Both the position numbers and the translations under genes were made by a program. DNA of 53,901 nt from a virus (lineage: Duplodnaviria; Caudoviricetes). Below the pieces are notes generated by a model. The model saw only the letters and a list, made by a program, of their open reading frames with translations. It made no database searches and had not been told where the DNA came from. This document shows, piece after piece, positions 39,207-48,602 of this stretch (positions within the stretch are counted from its first letter, which is position 1; every line of letters starts with the position of its first letter). The stretch is taken from positions 1-53,901 of the IMG/VR virus record IMGVR_UViG_3300020045_006418. One strand, 5' to 3'.

Positions 39207-39940
39207 TATACAAAACTACTAATATTATAAATAATAAAATTTATATAGGCCAAACGTGCAGAAAGGAGAGGATAGATGAGTATTTTGGTTCTGGAGTAAA
39301 AATATCTTTAGCACTTAAGAAGTATGGTAAAGAGAGTTTTAAAAAAGAAATTATAGATACTGCAAATAGTTTAGATGAACTTAATGAGAAGGAGATTTAC
39401 TGGATAAATTTCTTTGAGAGCTACAAGGATTCCGTAGGTTATAACATAGAGCTAGGAGGAAAAAATAAAGTTGTTGCAGAAAGTACAAAACTGAAAATAT
39501 CTAAAGCTAAGATAGGAGAGGTCAAAAGTGCTTCTATGAGAGCTAAGAATAGTAAAAATAAAATGGGAAACAAGTACTGGGTAGGCAGAAAGCATAAAGA
39601 AAGTAGTAAAAAACTATTTTCTGAAATAGCTAAAAACAGAACTCAGATACAATGCCCTCACTGTTTTAAAGTTTGTGATAATTCCAATGGTAGAAGATGG
39701 CATTTTGATTATTGTAAAAAGGCACCAATAAACACGAGAAAATTTAGAGTACAAAAAGAGGCCAATAGAAAAGATCTTATACCAGTAGTACAACTAACTT
39801 TTTTAGGAGGAGAAATAGCAAGTTTCGTAAGCATTGCACAGGCTGTGAGAGTTACGAAAATAGATTCTAAAAGTATACGACTTTGTGCTTTAGGAGAATA
39901 TAAACAAGCTGGAGGATTCCTCTGGAAATTTAAAAATTAA
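39200..39940 (+). CDS. GIY-YIG homing endonuclease with NUMOD3/NUMOD1 domains
   Basis: VIYKTTNIINNKIYIGQT, YFGSG, EIYWI, GYN; CPHC; FVSIAQA..AGGFLWKF. Confidence 0.9.
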   Translation: MVIYKTTNIINNKIYIGQTCRKERIDEYFGSGVKISLALKKYGKESFKKEIIDTANSLDELNEKEIYWINFFESYKDSVGYNIELGGKNKVVAESTKLKISKAKIGEVKSASMRAKNSKNKMGNKYWVGRKHKESSKKLFSEIAKNRTQIQCPHCFKVCDNSNGRRWHFDYCKKAPINTRKFRVQKEANRKDLIPVVQLTFLGGEIASFVSIAQAVRVTKIDSKSIRLCALGEYKQAGGFLWKFKN

Positions 39941-39943
39941 ATT

Positions 39944-40207
39944 ATGAGACCTGTAAATTTTAAAGGGAGTAATATTGTAATGGAGAAACCTAGTAATATG
40001 ACAGATGAGCAATGTATGCCTCTGAATGCATTTAAAGGTTTTGATGATAATGTAGGGAACTACTTTGTTACTGCTTGGACACCAAACAAGGAAGATATGG
40101 AAGCACTCCAAAGAGGTGAGCCTTTATATGTTATGGTTTGTGGTTCTGGACTACCGCCAATGTCTTTATACACAATGAACGAAGATAACACCGCGAGTAA
40201 TGACTAA
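39944..40207 (+). CDS. hypothetical protein
   Basis: 87 aa ORF coupled to its neighbours. Confidence 0.6.
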   Translation: MRPVNFKGSNIVMEKPSNMTDEQCMPLNAFKGFDDNVGNYFVTAWTPNKEDMEALQRGEPLYVMVCGSGLPPMSLYTMNEDNTASND

Positions 40208-40754
40208 AAGAAAAAGGAGTATAGAGACAGATATTTTCGGACTCCCAATAGGTGAGGAGAGAATAAATTCTAAACTCAAAGGAGATACTAACGAGCGTCA
40301 GGCTTGTAAGTGGTTATATCTCTGGACAGGGCAGAGATTTGTTAGAACTCCTAGCTCTGGAGGCAGAAGATTGGAGAATGCGTCTAATTTTTGTGGTGAC
40401 GTAGTTTGTGAGAATGAGGATTTTAATTTCCTATTTGCCGTAGAAACTAAGCATTTAAAAAGTATTCCGGTAGGAGAAAAATTAAGGGATAATAGTAAGA
40501 TTTTCACTATTTGGCAACAAGGACAGCGCGATGCTATAAGAGCGAAACGAAAATGTATGTTAATGCTGAGATCCAATGGAATGCCAAAAGGAAAGTATTA
40601 TATAGTATTTGATATTGATACAGTGGCTAGTGTGGATTTGGGTTTAACTACTCCGGAATTTATAGGTTTCAATTCTGATCTGGGAATTAGGATAAAAGGG
40701 TATGATTCAGATGTAGTTTTAGAAAAATTAGGCTATAAGCGTTTTGTAGTCTGA
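40200..40754 (+). CDS. Holliday junction resolvase (Hjc-like PD-(D/E)xK)
   Basis: NSKLKGDTNER, RTPSSGG, GDV, AVETK. Confidence 0.8.
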   Translation: MTKRKRSIETDIFGLPIGEERINSKLKGDTNERQACKWLYLWTGQRFVRTPSSGGRRLENASNFCGDVVCENEDFNFLFAVETKHLKSIPVGEKLRDNSKIFTIWQQGQRDAIRAKRKCMLMLRSNGMPKGKYYIVFDIDTVASVDLGLTTPEFIGFNSDLGIRIKGYDSDVVLEKLGYKRFVV

Positions 40755-40789
40755 TTTAAAAATATTACCTTTAACCAAAATTAAGAGCT

Positions 40790-41158
40790 ATGGATAAGAA
40801 ATTGATTATAGGAATTTTAATAGTTTTTGGATTTTTGATGTTTGGAGTTGGGAGATGCAGCAAAGAAAGTACTCTAAAACTGCCTGATACATCAATTACC
40901 AAATCTGAAATAAAAGAGTTGAAAGTTGAGAAATCTGAATTACTGGACAGCATTGAAAAGGTTAGCCAGCAAAACGAGGATCTTATAAAAAAGTGGGAAA
41001 AGGAAAGAGCTGAAATGCTTAAAAAGATAAAAGAAACGAAAGATGAAAAAATACTTAGTAATAGCAAGCTTAGTCCTGATGAGCAATTCGATGTTTTCTC
41101 AAAATGGGTTAACGAGTTACCCGAACCGAGTAGTAGAGGAACCTACTTATCCAAATAG
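40790..41158 (+). CDS. membrane-anchored coiled-coil protein (possible spanin subunit)
   Basis: N-terminal hydrophobic segment ending GVGRC, then coiled coil. Confidence 0.5.
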   Translation: MDKKLIIGILIVFGFLMFGVGRCSKESTLKLPDTSITKSEIKELKVEKSELLDSIEKVSQQNEDLIKKWEKERAEMLKKIKETKDEKILSNSKLSPDEQFDVFSKWVNELPEPSSRGTYLSK

Positions 41159-41513
41159 ATTAACAGTAGGAGATGAGTCGATTACTCAGTTAAATCCTGA
41201 TTTGGTAAAGAGGTTGAATATCTTCAAAATAGAATACGATGCTTGTCAGGATGGTAACGCGCAGCTAACGAAAAGTATTGAACAAGGGAAAAAAATAATA
41301 TCTGGACTGAAAAAAGAAAACGGGTTACTCAGGGAAGCCCAGAGAAAATCGGACCAGATAAACAGTAAAAACGAAGCATTAGTAGATACGCTGGAAGGCA
41401 GTGTTAAAACACTTACTAAGGATAACCGAAGGCTAGACTTAAAATCTAAGGCACTTACAGGCTTAGTGGTGGTTTTAGCTACAAGTACAGCGGTGATGGT
41501 AATGACAAAATAA
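41043..41513 (+). CDS. exported coiled-coil protein with C-terminal TM (possible spanin subunit)
   Basis: Signal peptide MKKYLVIASLVLMSNSMFS-Q; C-terminal hydrophobic segment; overlaps the previous gene by 116 nt. Confidence 0.5.
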   Translation: MKKYLVIASLVLMSNSMFSQNGLTSYPNRVVEEPTYPNRLTVGDESITQLNPDLVKRLNIFKIEYDACQDGNAQLTKSIEQGKKIISGLKKENGLLREAQRKSDQINSKNEALVDTLEGSVKTLTKDNRRLDLKSKALTGLVVVLATSTAVMVMTK

Positions 41514-41520
41514 AGTAACA

Positions 41521-41760
41521 ATGGCAGAATTAAGTAGTATATTAGGTGATAACAAAGTGGTAAGTATTTCTGACTTTAAGAAGACTTACGCTGGCGGAGT
41601 TTCCGCTCAGGCGATCAATTACGCAATCGAACACGATTTAGTTGACTACATTCAAGTAGGAAAACGTGTGAGGATTGTAGTACTGACGCATAAAAGTTTA
41701 ACTTATAGTCCGAATAAATCACCAAAGAGAAAATCAACATTGAGCCTCGGCAGAAAATAA
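41521..41760 (+). CDS. small putative DNA-binding protein (MerR/excisionase-like HTH)
   Basis: VSISDF..GVSAQAINYAI..VGKRVRI pattern with a basic tail. Confidence 0.5.
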   Translation: MAELSSILGDNKVVSISDFKKTYAGGVSAQAINYAIEHDLVDYIQVGKRVRIVVLTHKSLTYSPNKSPKRKSTLSLGRK

Positions 41761-41795
41761 ATTTGTTCTTTCATTCATTGCAACGTTTATTTTTT

Positions 41796-41826
41796 AAAAA
41801 CTCCCTTCTACCAAAGGGAGTTTTTT
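41796..41826 (+). terminator. rho-independent terminator
   Basis: AAAAACTCCCTT-ctacca-AAGGGAGTTTTTT. Confidence 0.85.
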
Positions 41827-41835
41827 GTTGAAAAT

Positions 41836-41914
41836 AATTGTGATTTTATTTGTTTATAACCAAAATATTTTGTAGTTTTACATAGTAATAATAAATCATT
41901 AAATACCACAAATT
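41836..41914 (+). promoter_or_regulatory. repeated promoter/operator/leader, copy 1
   Basis: TTTATTTGTTTATAACCAAAATATTTTGTAGTTTTAC...AATACCAC leader. Confidence 0.8.
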
Positions 41915-42382
41915 ATGGGAAATCAAATCACAATTAGAGGCCGTTATGGTAAGAGCAAAAGAGTTGAATCTATCAGCTTCGATTCTAGTAGAGTTTACGG
42001 AGATATTAGAAGCTTCGGCCACAGATCAGCAGTAGAGTATTATATTCGAATCAGTGGAGAGGATAGAAAAATTACTTTTGAAAATGAGAAAGAGATGCTT
42101 TCATTCAGAGACCAAATGGTTAAAAAAGTAGAAGATACCACTTTGGTAGATCTATCAGGATTAAGTACAGTGAGAGCTGAGTTTATTGATACTCACGAAA
42201 TGGCAATGTACAAAGACCTTTCAAATAGTATTCTTTTCAAAGAAACTAAATACATCTTCGATCTTCCTAGAATAGGTGAGCGTTTCAATTCTAACGGAGC
42301 GCAATGGAAAGTAGATGAGTTTGTGAGAGTAGATTCAGAAAACGTTAGAATTTATGTAAGTTTAACACTGGGGGCACTTTAG
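41915..42382 (+). CDS. hypothetical protein
   Basis: 155 aa ORF behind the repeated promoter. Confidence 0.65.
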   Translation: MGNQITIRGRYGKSKRVESISFDSSRVYGDIRSFGHRSAVEYYIRISGEDRKITFENEKEMLSFRDQMVKKVEDTTLVDLSGLSTVRAEFIDTHEMAMYKDLSNSILFKETKYIFDLPRIGERFNSNGAQWKVDEFVRVDSENVRIYVSLTLGAL

Positions 42383-42403
42383 CCCCCTTTTACACATATA
42401 AAA

Positions 42404-42703
42404 ATGGCAAATAGTTACCAAACATCTGACGGGGAGAGAGTAACCAAATCGGTTATTGATCGTAGAGTGCATGAGGCAAAAGCTGAAAAGATTGCTACAA
42501 TGATTAACGATTATGGGTATGTATTCTGTGAGGATTGTAAAAAGAATGATTGCAAGCCAATCGATTGTAGTCATGATATTTCGGTCAAAGAAGCTCAGGA
42601 ATCCGGAAGGACAGAATTAGCTTGGGATGTTAAAAATATTACGATGCGCGGCAGAGCATGTCACCAAAAGTGGGATAAATCAGGAATTCAAAACGGAAAA
42701 TAA
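42404..42703 (+). CDS. small HNH/NinG-like zinc-binding nuclease
   Basis: CEDC..DCSH..WDVKNI...ACH. Confidence 0.6.
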   Translation: MANSYQTSDGERVTKSVIDRRVHEAKAEKIATMINDYGYVFCEDCKKNDCKPIDCSHDISVKEAQESGRTELAWDVKNITMRGRACHQKWDKSGIQNGK

Positions 42704-43026
42704 TGGTAGAAACAGGAAAAAAGTATTTAATAACTACAGATATGTGGTTTAGAGGTCCGGATGGTCAACACTACAAATCAGCTTGGGGAACAGTTAAAGT
42801 ATTAAATGATGAGGAAACTCTTGGAATCAAAACTAATGCAAGATCTGCAAATTGGTATGTGAAAGTAGGTAGTGAAGAGAATCACGTAATAGTAGCCGGA
42901 TGCCAGATTCATTACGCCATTAGATGTGAGGAAAAACCCGTAACTACTAAAGTAAACGATTGGGAACTGTTCGACGGACAGGTGAGGGAGTACAGTAGAC
43001 CTTCTGGTATTTATATCGCGGAGTAA
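42703..43026 (+). CDS. hypothetical protein
   Basis: 107 aa ORF, translationally coupled. Confidence 0.65.
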   Translation: MVETGKKYLITTDMWFRGPDGQHYKSAWGTVKVLNDEETLGIKTNARSANWYVKVGSEENHVIVAGCQIHYAIRCEEKPVTTKVNDWELFDGQVREYSRPSGIYIAE

Positions 43027-43493
43027 TGCAGACAGATAAAGAGCAACTGATGGTTATTAAGTGTGATGCAGCCTGTGACAACAATTCTAAGTTTAGGTTA
43101 ATGGGCATAGGTGTAGCTGTTTGGATTGATAATGCCAGAGATACTGATTTCGATCATAAAGAGATGGCCGGCACTGGAACTAATAACATCGGAGAGTGGA
43201 TTGCTTTGGTTGCAGGATTGAAACTGGCTTTTGCTTATGTGATGAGTGTTAACTCAAATGTTAGAATCCGGATATATAGTGATAGTCAGATTATTATACG
43301 CCAATTTAACGGCGTGTATGAAGTCAAAAAAGATTATCACATAGATTACTACAATGAAGCGAGAAGGATCTACACATCAATTTCTGATAAAGTTAAGAGG
43401 GTAGACTGGATTCCGAGGCAGGAGAACAAAGATGCAGACAAATTATCTAAGGAAGCTATCAGAGATTATTTGTATGAAAATAAATTAGTTTAA
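43026..43493 (+). CDS. ribonuclease HI-like protein
   Basis: CDAA, TNNIGEWIAL, YSDSQ, WIPRQENKDADKLS. Confidence 0.85.
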   Translation: MQTDKEQLMVIKCDAACDNNSKFRLMGIGVAVWIDNARDTDFDHKEMAGTGTNNIGEWIALVAGLKLAFAYVMSVNSNVRIRIYSDSQIIIRQFNGVYEVKKDYHIDYYNEARRIYTSISDKVKRVDWIPRQENKDADKLSKEAIRDYLYENKLV

Positions 43494-43496
43494 ACA

Positions 43497-43526
43497 TTGG
43501 TTATAACCAAAATTATATTACATTTA
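43497..43526 (+). promoter_or_regulatory. promoter with palindromic operator
   Basis: Perfect palindrome TTGGTTATAACCAA 43497-43510; TACATTTA 43519-43526. Confidence 0.65.
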
Positions 43527-43549
43527 CAAATTATAAATAAAACCCAGTT

Positions 43550-45007
43550 ATGAGCACAGTATTAGATAGAGAGAAGCTATTAGCACTACCGGAAGTGGTA
43601 GATGTAGAGGTAGCCAAAAAGTTAGATTTTGCCACGGCACCAGATGTTTCCCAATTAACACCGGATCAGAAAGTTATTTTTGATGAGGTTATGTCATTGG
43701 TTAACGGTACTAAATCCGGAATCTATGTGATGAAGGGATACGCCGGAACCGGAAAGACATTCTTAACCTCCATAATCATGGAATACATTTTGAGTACAAC
43801 AAGCTTATCTGTGGCGGTAACTGCACCAACTAACAAAGCGGTGAAAGTAGCCAGAAAGCAGAGTAAATTTAGTAGTGAGGTACTAAATTTATGTTACAGT
43901 ACAATCCATTCAATGCTGGGGCTGAAAGAAAAAATTGATGGTTACGGGAGACAGACTTTCGTTAAGCTGAGAGATCAGGACGTGAGTGTGGATCAATATC
44001 AGGTAATTTTTATTGACGAGGCTTCGATGATGGCAGATGAGTTACTGGAGGAATTACTTAGATACCTGCCAATGTACAATTTAAAGCTTATATTTATTGG
44101 GGATCCGATTCAGATTCCGCCAGTAGGAGAGGATGATTTTGCATTGTTCAAAGAGGAGGGAATTTCTTTTCATGGTGCAGGAGTTGGAGAATTAACTCAG
44201 GTACTTAGACAGGCTGCAGATAATCCAATTATTGCACTTACTATGAAAATTAGAAATGCAATTGGCAGAAGTGAAATTATTCCAATTAGAAACGATTCGT
44301 ATGATGAGGAGACAATGGATGGTTTGTACTTTCTGGGACCTGATGATAAAACATTGTTCTACGATATTTTGAGAAAGTATTTCGTTAGCGATAATTTTAA
44401 AAAGGATGCTGATTTTATGAAGATTATTGCATGGACAAACAAAACCGTAGGTACATTCAATAAGATTGTGAGAAAAATGATCTACGGAGAAGTAGAAACA
44501 ATAATATGCATTGGAGAGAAATTGATTGCTAATAAACCAATCATAGATGATAATGATAAAAAGATCATTATTTTTAATAATAGTGATGAGTTTGAAGTAG
44601 TAGATTATTCTATAAGCTCCGGAACTTATAAAGGTGTTGATTTTAATTATTACAACACTAAAGTGTTCCATGAGGAGAAAGGTGAAAGAACTATTAAAAT
44701 CATACACGAATCATCTCAGGATGATTATGATTTGGTAATTGACCATCTGGTTAGTTTGGCAAAAGGAGCTAAACAGGGAAGTTATGAAGCAGCCGGAAAA
44801 TGGGCAGACTTTTTCGCTTTCCAGAATATATTTGCAGATGTGAACTATAACTATGCAATTACTTGTCACAAGGCACAGGGAAGTAGTTATGACAATGTTG
44901 TGGTTCTGGAATCAGATCTGGATGCAAATAGAAAGATTGTAGAGAGAAACCGAATTAAATATACGGCATTCACAAGGCCGAGAAAGAAACTATTTATTGT
45001 GAATTAA
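43550..45007 (+). CDS. Dda/RecD2-like SF1B helicase
   Basis: GYAGTGKT, APTNKA, IDEASM, GDPIQIPPV, YAITCHKAQGS, YTAFTR. Confidence 0.92.
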   Translation: MSTVLDREKLLALPEVVDVEVAKKLDFATAPDVSQLTPDQKVIFDEVMSLVNGTKSGIYVMKGYAGTGKTFLTSIIMEYILSTTSLSVAVTAPTNKAVKVARKQSKFSSEVLNLCYSTIHSMLGLKEKIDGYGRQTFVKLRDQDVSVDQYQVIFIDEASMMADELLEELLRYLPMYNLKLIFIGDPIQIPPVGEDDFALFKEEGISFHGAGVGELTQVLRQAADNPIIALTMKIRNAIGRSEIIPIRNDSYDEETMDGLYFLGPDDKTLFYDILRKYFVSDNFKKDADFMKIIAWTNKTVGTFNKIVRKMIYGEVETIICIGEKLIANKPIIDDNDKKIIIFNNSDEFEVVDYSISSGTYKGVDFNYYNTKVFHEEKGERTIKIIHESSQDDYDLVIDHLVSLAKGAKQGSYEAAGKWADFFAFQNIFADVNYNYAITCHKAQGSSYDNVVVLESDLDANRKIVERNRIKYTAFTRPRKKLFIVN

Positions 45008-45025
45008 TTTCTTATTGTGTGCTTT

Positions 45026-45054
45026 AAACCCCGCTTCCTAGAGTGGGGTTTTTT
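45026..45054 (+). terminator. rho-independent terminator
   Basis: AAACCCCGCT-tcctag-AGTGGGGTTTTTT. Confidence 0.8.
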
Positions 45055-45063
45055 ATTGAAATT

Positions 45064-45143
45064 AATTGTGATTTTATTTGTTTATAACCAAAATTATTTG
45101 TAGTTTTACTATGTAATAATTAATAACCTAATACCACAAAATC
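45064..45143 (+). promoter_or_regulatory. repeated promoter/operator/leader, copy 2
   Basis: Near-identical to 41836-41914. Confidence 0.8.
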
Positions 45144-45638
45144 ATGAGTTCATTTATTCCAAGTGCAAAGCACTTTAAAAGTATAGAAGCTACGTTTATT
45201 GATTTAAACTGGAATGACAATTTCTATTATCCATACGATTTGAAAGAAGATTTTCCAAATCTATACTCAAAAAATTCAGCGAAACAAATGCATAATTCGA
45301 TTAAAGATGTAGTAGGAGTTTTAGCTGAAATAACTGCATTGTGTGTATGCTTACAATACAGACATGAGCATGAAGGAACTTTAGACAAAGCTATAGAAGA
45401 TAATACTATTGCTGCAAAAGCAGAAGTAAAGGGTTATATTCTAACTAAAACAGAGCTTTATAAAGCGTTGAGTTGTGTTAAGTACCAAATTGAGTTAGAG
45501 CATCTGAAAGATTTGAGATCCTTAACTGAGAGAGAAGAAAAAGCTATGAAATTTCTGCGTGTTATGATTTTTCATCTTGCTGAGGATATTGTGTCCGGAA
45601 CAGCTTTGTACGATGCAGCAAGATGGGAAATATCATGA
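45144..45638 (+). CDS. hypothetical protein
   Basis: 164 aa; SCVKYQIE..YDAARWEI. Confidence 0.65.
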   Translation: MSSFIPSAKHFKSIEATFIDLNWNDNFYYPYDLKEDFPNLYSKNSAKQMHNSIKDVVGVLAEITALCVCLQYRHEHEGTLDKAIEDNTIAAKAEVKGYILTKTELYKALSCVKYQIELEHLKDLRSLTEREEKAMKFLRVMIFHLAEDIVSGTALYDAARWEIS

Positions 45639-45904
45639 GAGCAATAGATAAAATAATAACAAATGTGAGCACCAAATTTGGTGCTCCTCTTGGGAGACAT
45701 AGTATAGGCAGTAGACCTAAAATAGTTACGAGTGGAAGAAATAACCGAATAGCAAAATGTAATCAGGTAACAGTTTTTGATTGTAGAGTACCTTTAGATA
45801 GCGGAGGCTATGATAAAGGAGGAGTATACTGGGGTTTGGGTTCAGAATTGAGAGTTTCGTATACAAAAGATTTAACTTATGTAGAATTTTATAGAGTAGA
45901 GTAA
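45635..45904 (+). CDS. hypothetical protein
   Basis: FGAPLGR..LDSGGYDKGGVYWG. Confidence 0.65.
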   Translation: MRAIDKIITNVSTKFGAPLGRHSIGSRPKIVTSGRNNRIAKCNQVTVFDCRVPLDSGGYDKGGVYWGLGSELRVSYTKDLTYVEFYRVE

Positions 45905-45971
45905 TGAGGGCGGTACAATGGTTCCTACGGTAATCATTGAGATAAACAAGTAATTTTAAATTTTTATTATA

Positions 45972-46391
45972 ATGTCAGATATTGCAGAGAATCGTACGGC
46001 CTTAGACGTACTAAAAGAGAAGATGGTAGAAGGAATTGCACATTTCGTCTACATACGAAAAAGTGATGGAGTAGAGCGCGAGGCTTTCGGTACCATTAAC
46101 TCTGAGTTAATTCCAAAGTATGATCCGGAAAAAGTAGCATCTTTAATTGAGGCTGCAGAGTTTGGATCTAACTACCTTAGAAACGCAATTGATAGACCAA
46201 GTAATCTGACGGATGATCCGGATGGTTACAAAGGCGGTTTGTTATTGTTAGATAAGGCTAGAAAGCCGTTTATGCCTAAGGATGTGCCAGCGAAAAGTAA
46301 AGAACCCAATTTAAATTTGGTAACTTACTATGATCTGGAGAGTCGTGGATGGAGAAGCTTCGGAGTAGAGAACTTGGTTAGAGTTATCTAA
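45972..46391 (+). CDS. DUF2693 / WYL-like SH3-fold protein
   Basis: HFVYIRKSDGVEREAFGT and TYYDLESRGWRSF. Confidence 0.7.
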   Translation: MSDIAENRTALDVLKEKMVEGIAHFVYIRKSDGVEREAFGTINSELIPKYDPEKVASLIEAAEFGSNYLRNAIDRPSNLTDDPDGYKGGLLLLDKARKPFMPKDVPAKSKEPNLNLVTYYDLESRGWRSFGVENLVRVI

Positions 46392-46400
46392 AATTAATTG

Positions 46401-46428
46401 AAAAACCCCTTAAATTTAAGGGGTTTTT
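46401..46428 (+). terminator. rho-independent terminator
   Basis: AAAAACCCCTTA-aatt-TAAGGGGTTTTT. Confidence 0.85.
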
Positions 46429-46487
46429 ATTTGTTTATAACCAAAATATTTTGTAGTTTTACTATGTAATAATAAATAAAACAAATT
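46426..46487 (+). promoter_or_regulatory. repeated promoter/operator, copy 3
   Basis: TTTATTTGTTTATAACCAAAATATTTTGTAGTTTTAC. Confidence 0.8.
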
Positions 46488-47117
46488 ATGAAAATCCAGT
46501 CAGAAAGAAACGGTAGAGAGTACAGTAAAGGCGATTTAGAAGTAGCCTTAAAATTTTATAACATCGCGAGAAAGTTTGATTCTAGTGTTGCTCCATGCGA
46601 CTCAGTTGATGCTATTACTCCATTAACAATTGATTATTTTTTATCGATTGCAATGGATGCAGGTTTTGACCAGTACGGTGATAGAATGGTAAGAATGTTT
46701 GAACAACAGGTATTGGATACTGATTTACACGGAAAAGAACCAAAAGTATATACAAGTTACTACGGTAACGGAAAAATATTAAATTTGTATGGAGTGGTTA
46801 AAGTTAGAATTGCACAATTTGCACCAAGATTCGAGAAAGCTCATGCAAGCTGTACGTGTCTGGCACCATCAAAGAATCTTTTAGCAGCGAGTAAATCAGG
46901 ATCACTAGGAGATGGAGAGTTTACTGCACAGTATGAGAAAGAGATTTCCGGATTAGATGCAGCAACAGTTTATAAAGATCTTTTGGAATTGGGGAGCGGA
47001 AGAGACGTAGCTATTCTATGTTATGAAAAACCCCCAGATTTTTGTCACCGTCATATCACTGCAAACTGGTTTAAAGATGAGTTAGGAATTGAGTTAATAG
47101 AATTTCCACATAAGTAA
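46488..47117 (+). CDS. DUF488-like protein with N-terminal extension
   Basis: VYTSYY, LAPSKNLL, ILCYEKPPDFCHRH. Confidence 0.7.
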   Translation: MKIQSERNGREYSKGDLEVALKFYNIARKFDSSVAPCDSVDAITPLTIDYFLSIAMDAGFDQYGDRMVRMFEQQVLDTDLHGKEPKVYTSYYGNGKILNLYGVVKVRIAQFAPRFEKAHASCTCLAPSKNLLAASKSGSLGDGEFTAQYEKEISGLDAATVYKDLLELGSGRDVAILCYEKPPDFCHRHITANWFKDELGIELIEFPHK

Positions 47118-47134
47118 AATTTTGTTGCTAAAAA

Positions 47135-47167
47135 TTGTTTAGAAGTAATATTTTTTACTTATATTTG
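47135..47167 (+). promoter_or_regulatory. Bacteroidota-type promoter of the modification/packaging operon
   Basis: TATATTTG 47160-47167 with TTG upstream. Confidence 0.6.
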
Positions 47168-47267
47168 CTACATAGCACATGCGACTAAGGTGTAATTAAA
47201 CTGCATACTGAACATTCCAGTTCGGAGGGCCTGAGTAAAATGGGAAGTCGCTCAAAATCAACGGTTT

Positions 47268-48602
47268 ATGAGTTTTATAGGAAGCGTGCCCCCAGAGGCG
47301 CGCATCGTTATTAAAGAGATACTGGATAAAATTCATCCAAGTATTCCAATTTATATAGGCTGTTCAGGAAATTTCGTGATAGATAGAATCTGTTCGAGTA
47401 TGGGAAGAACGACTTATAGTAACGATGTTGCTCTTTACAGTAAGGCGATAGCTGATATAGCGATGGGCGTTGAAACAGAATTAGAGGTTACAGAACACAA
47501 GTACCGAACTATTTTTGGTGAGTGGGAGGAATCTAAATACAAAAAATTGGCTATGATTATGTACATAGCCAAAATTTCTGAGTTCGAGGATTGTGGTAAT
47601 GACTTCAAAGCGATGCAGTACCACAACATGATTGAGAACAATAAGGAGTTTTATCTGAACACGAAAGAAAAACTAGAAAGACAGAAGTCATGTGAATTTA
47701 ATATCGATGGCTTCTTTTTTGGTGATTTCAGAGAGCATTTATCCGGATTGAAGGAAAAAGGAGTAGGAATGCTTTTTGCACCAACTTACACCGGAGGATA
47801 CGAAAAAATGTATAAAAGGGTTGAGGAAGTTTTCAACTACGAAAGAGCATCTTACCAGATGTTTGATACAAAAGAGTGTGGCACTATCTATGAGGATATG
47901 TTAAAAGCTTCACCTATGGTAATACATACAGATCAGGATTTGGTAAATCTACAAAAGTATCTGGTAGCCAGAACGATTTTGGGCAATGGAAAGAAGGATA
48001 TTCTTACTTACTCGAGCGTAGAGAGTTTCGATAAACACATGTTCTTAGATTCGAGAAAATACACTCCGATCAAAAGAACTTATGAAATAATGCCGGAAGA
48101 TTTCGAATTTACCGAAAAGACCCAGATCAGAATGATAGAATGTAAGACTTCGGTAGTGAATCACTACAAACATGTTTACATGGGAGCTAAAGTAGATTAC
48201 TCAGAAGGTGGAGATTTTGGAATTTTATTCTTTGCCGATGGTTTACTGTTTGGTTTAGCCTCAATAAGCAAGTTCTTAGGCTGCAAAAGCAAAAGAGATA
48301 TATTTCTACAGAGTGATTTTTGCGTGCCTCACTACACTAAACTGTCTAAATTAACAATAATGTTGCTTTTATCACTGGACGTACAGGATCTGATTCTGGA
48401 TAAATTTGCGTACATGTATGAAGGATTGCAAACCTCAGTATACACAGACAAAGCTGTGAGCATGAAATACAGAGGAGTATTTACATTAGAAGAGAAAGAC
48501 ACAAGAGCTAATAAATTAACATACCGAGGAAGTTTTAAAAACCTATCGGTAAAATCATTATACCGAGAATGGTTACAGAAGGAAAAAATATTGAAGAAAT
48601 AA
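47268..48602 (+). CDS. putative DNA modification enzyme: Dam-like MTase fold fused to a Mom-like GNAT domain
   Basis: FIGS, IYIGCSGNF, YSNDV, GDF, FAPTY (in place of DPPY); C-terminal FADGLLFG..SDF..LSKL..TSVYT..SMKYRG. Confidence 0.55.
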   Translation: MSFIGSVPPEARIVIKEILDKIHPSIPIYIGCSGNFVIDRICSSMGRTTYSNDVALYSKAIADIAMGVETELEVTEHKYRTIFGEWEESKYKKLAMIMYIAKISEFEDCGNDFKAMQYHNMIENNKEFYLNTKEKLERQKSCEFNIDGFFFGDFREHLSGLKEKGVGMLFAPTYTGGYEKMYKRVEEVFNYERASYQMFDTKECGTIYEDMLKASPMVIHTDQDLVNLQKYLVARTILGNGKKDILTYSSVESFDKHMFLDSRKYTPIKRTYEIMPEDFEFTEKTQIRMIECKTSVVNHYKHVYMGAKVDYSEGGDFGILFFADGLLFGLASISKFLGCKSKRDIFLQSDFCVPHYTKLSKLTIMLLLSLDVQDLILDKFAYMYEGLQTSVYTDKAVSMKYRGVFTLEEKDTRANKLTYRGSFKNLSVKSLYREWLQKEKILKK

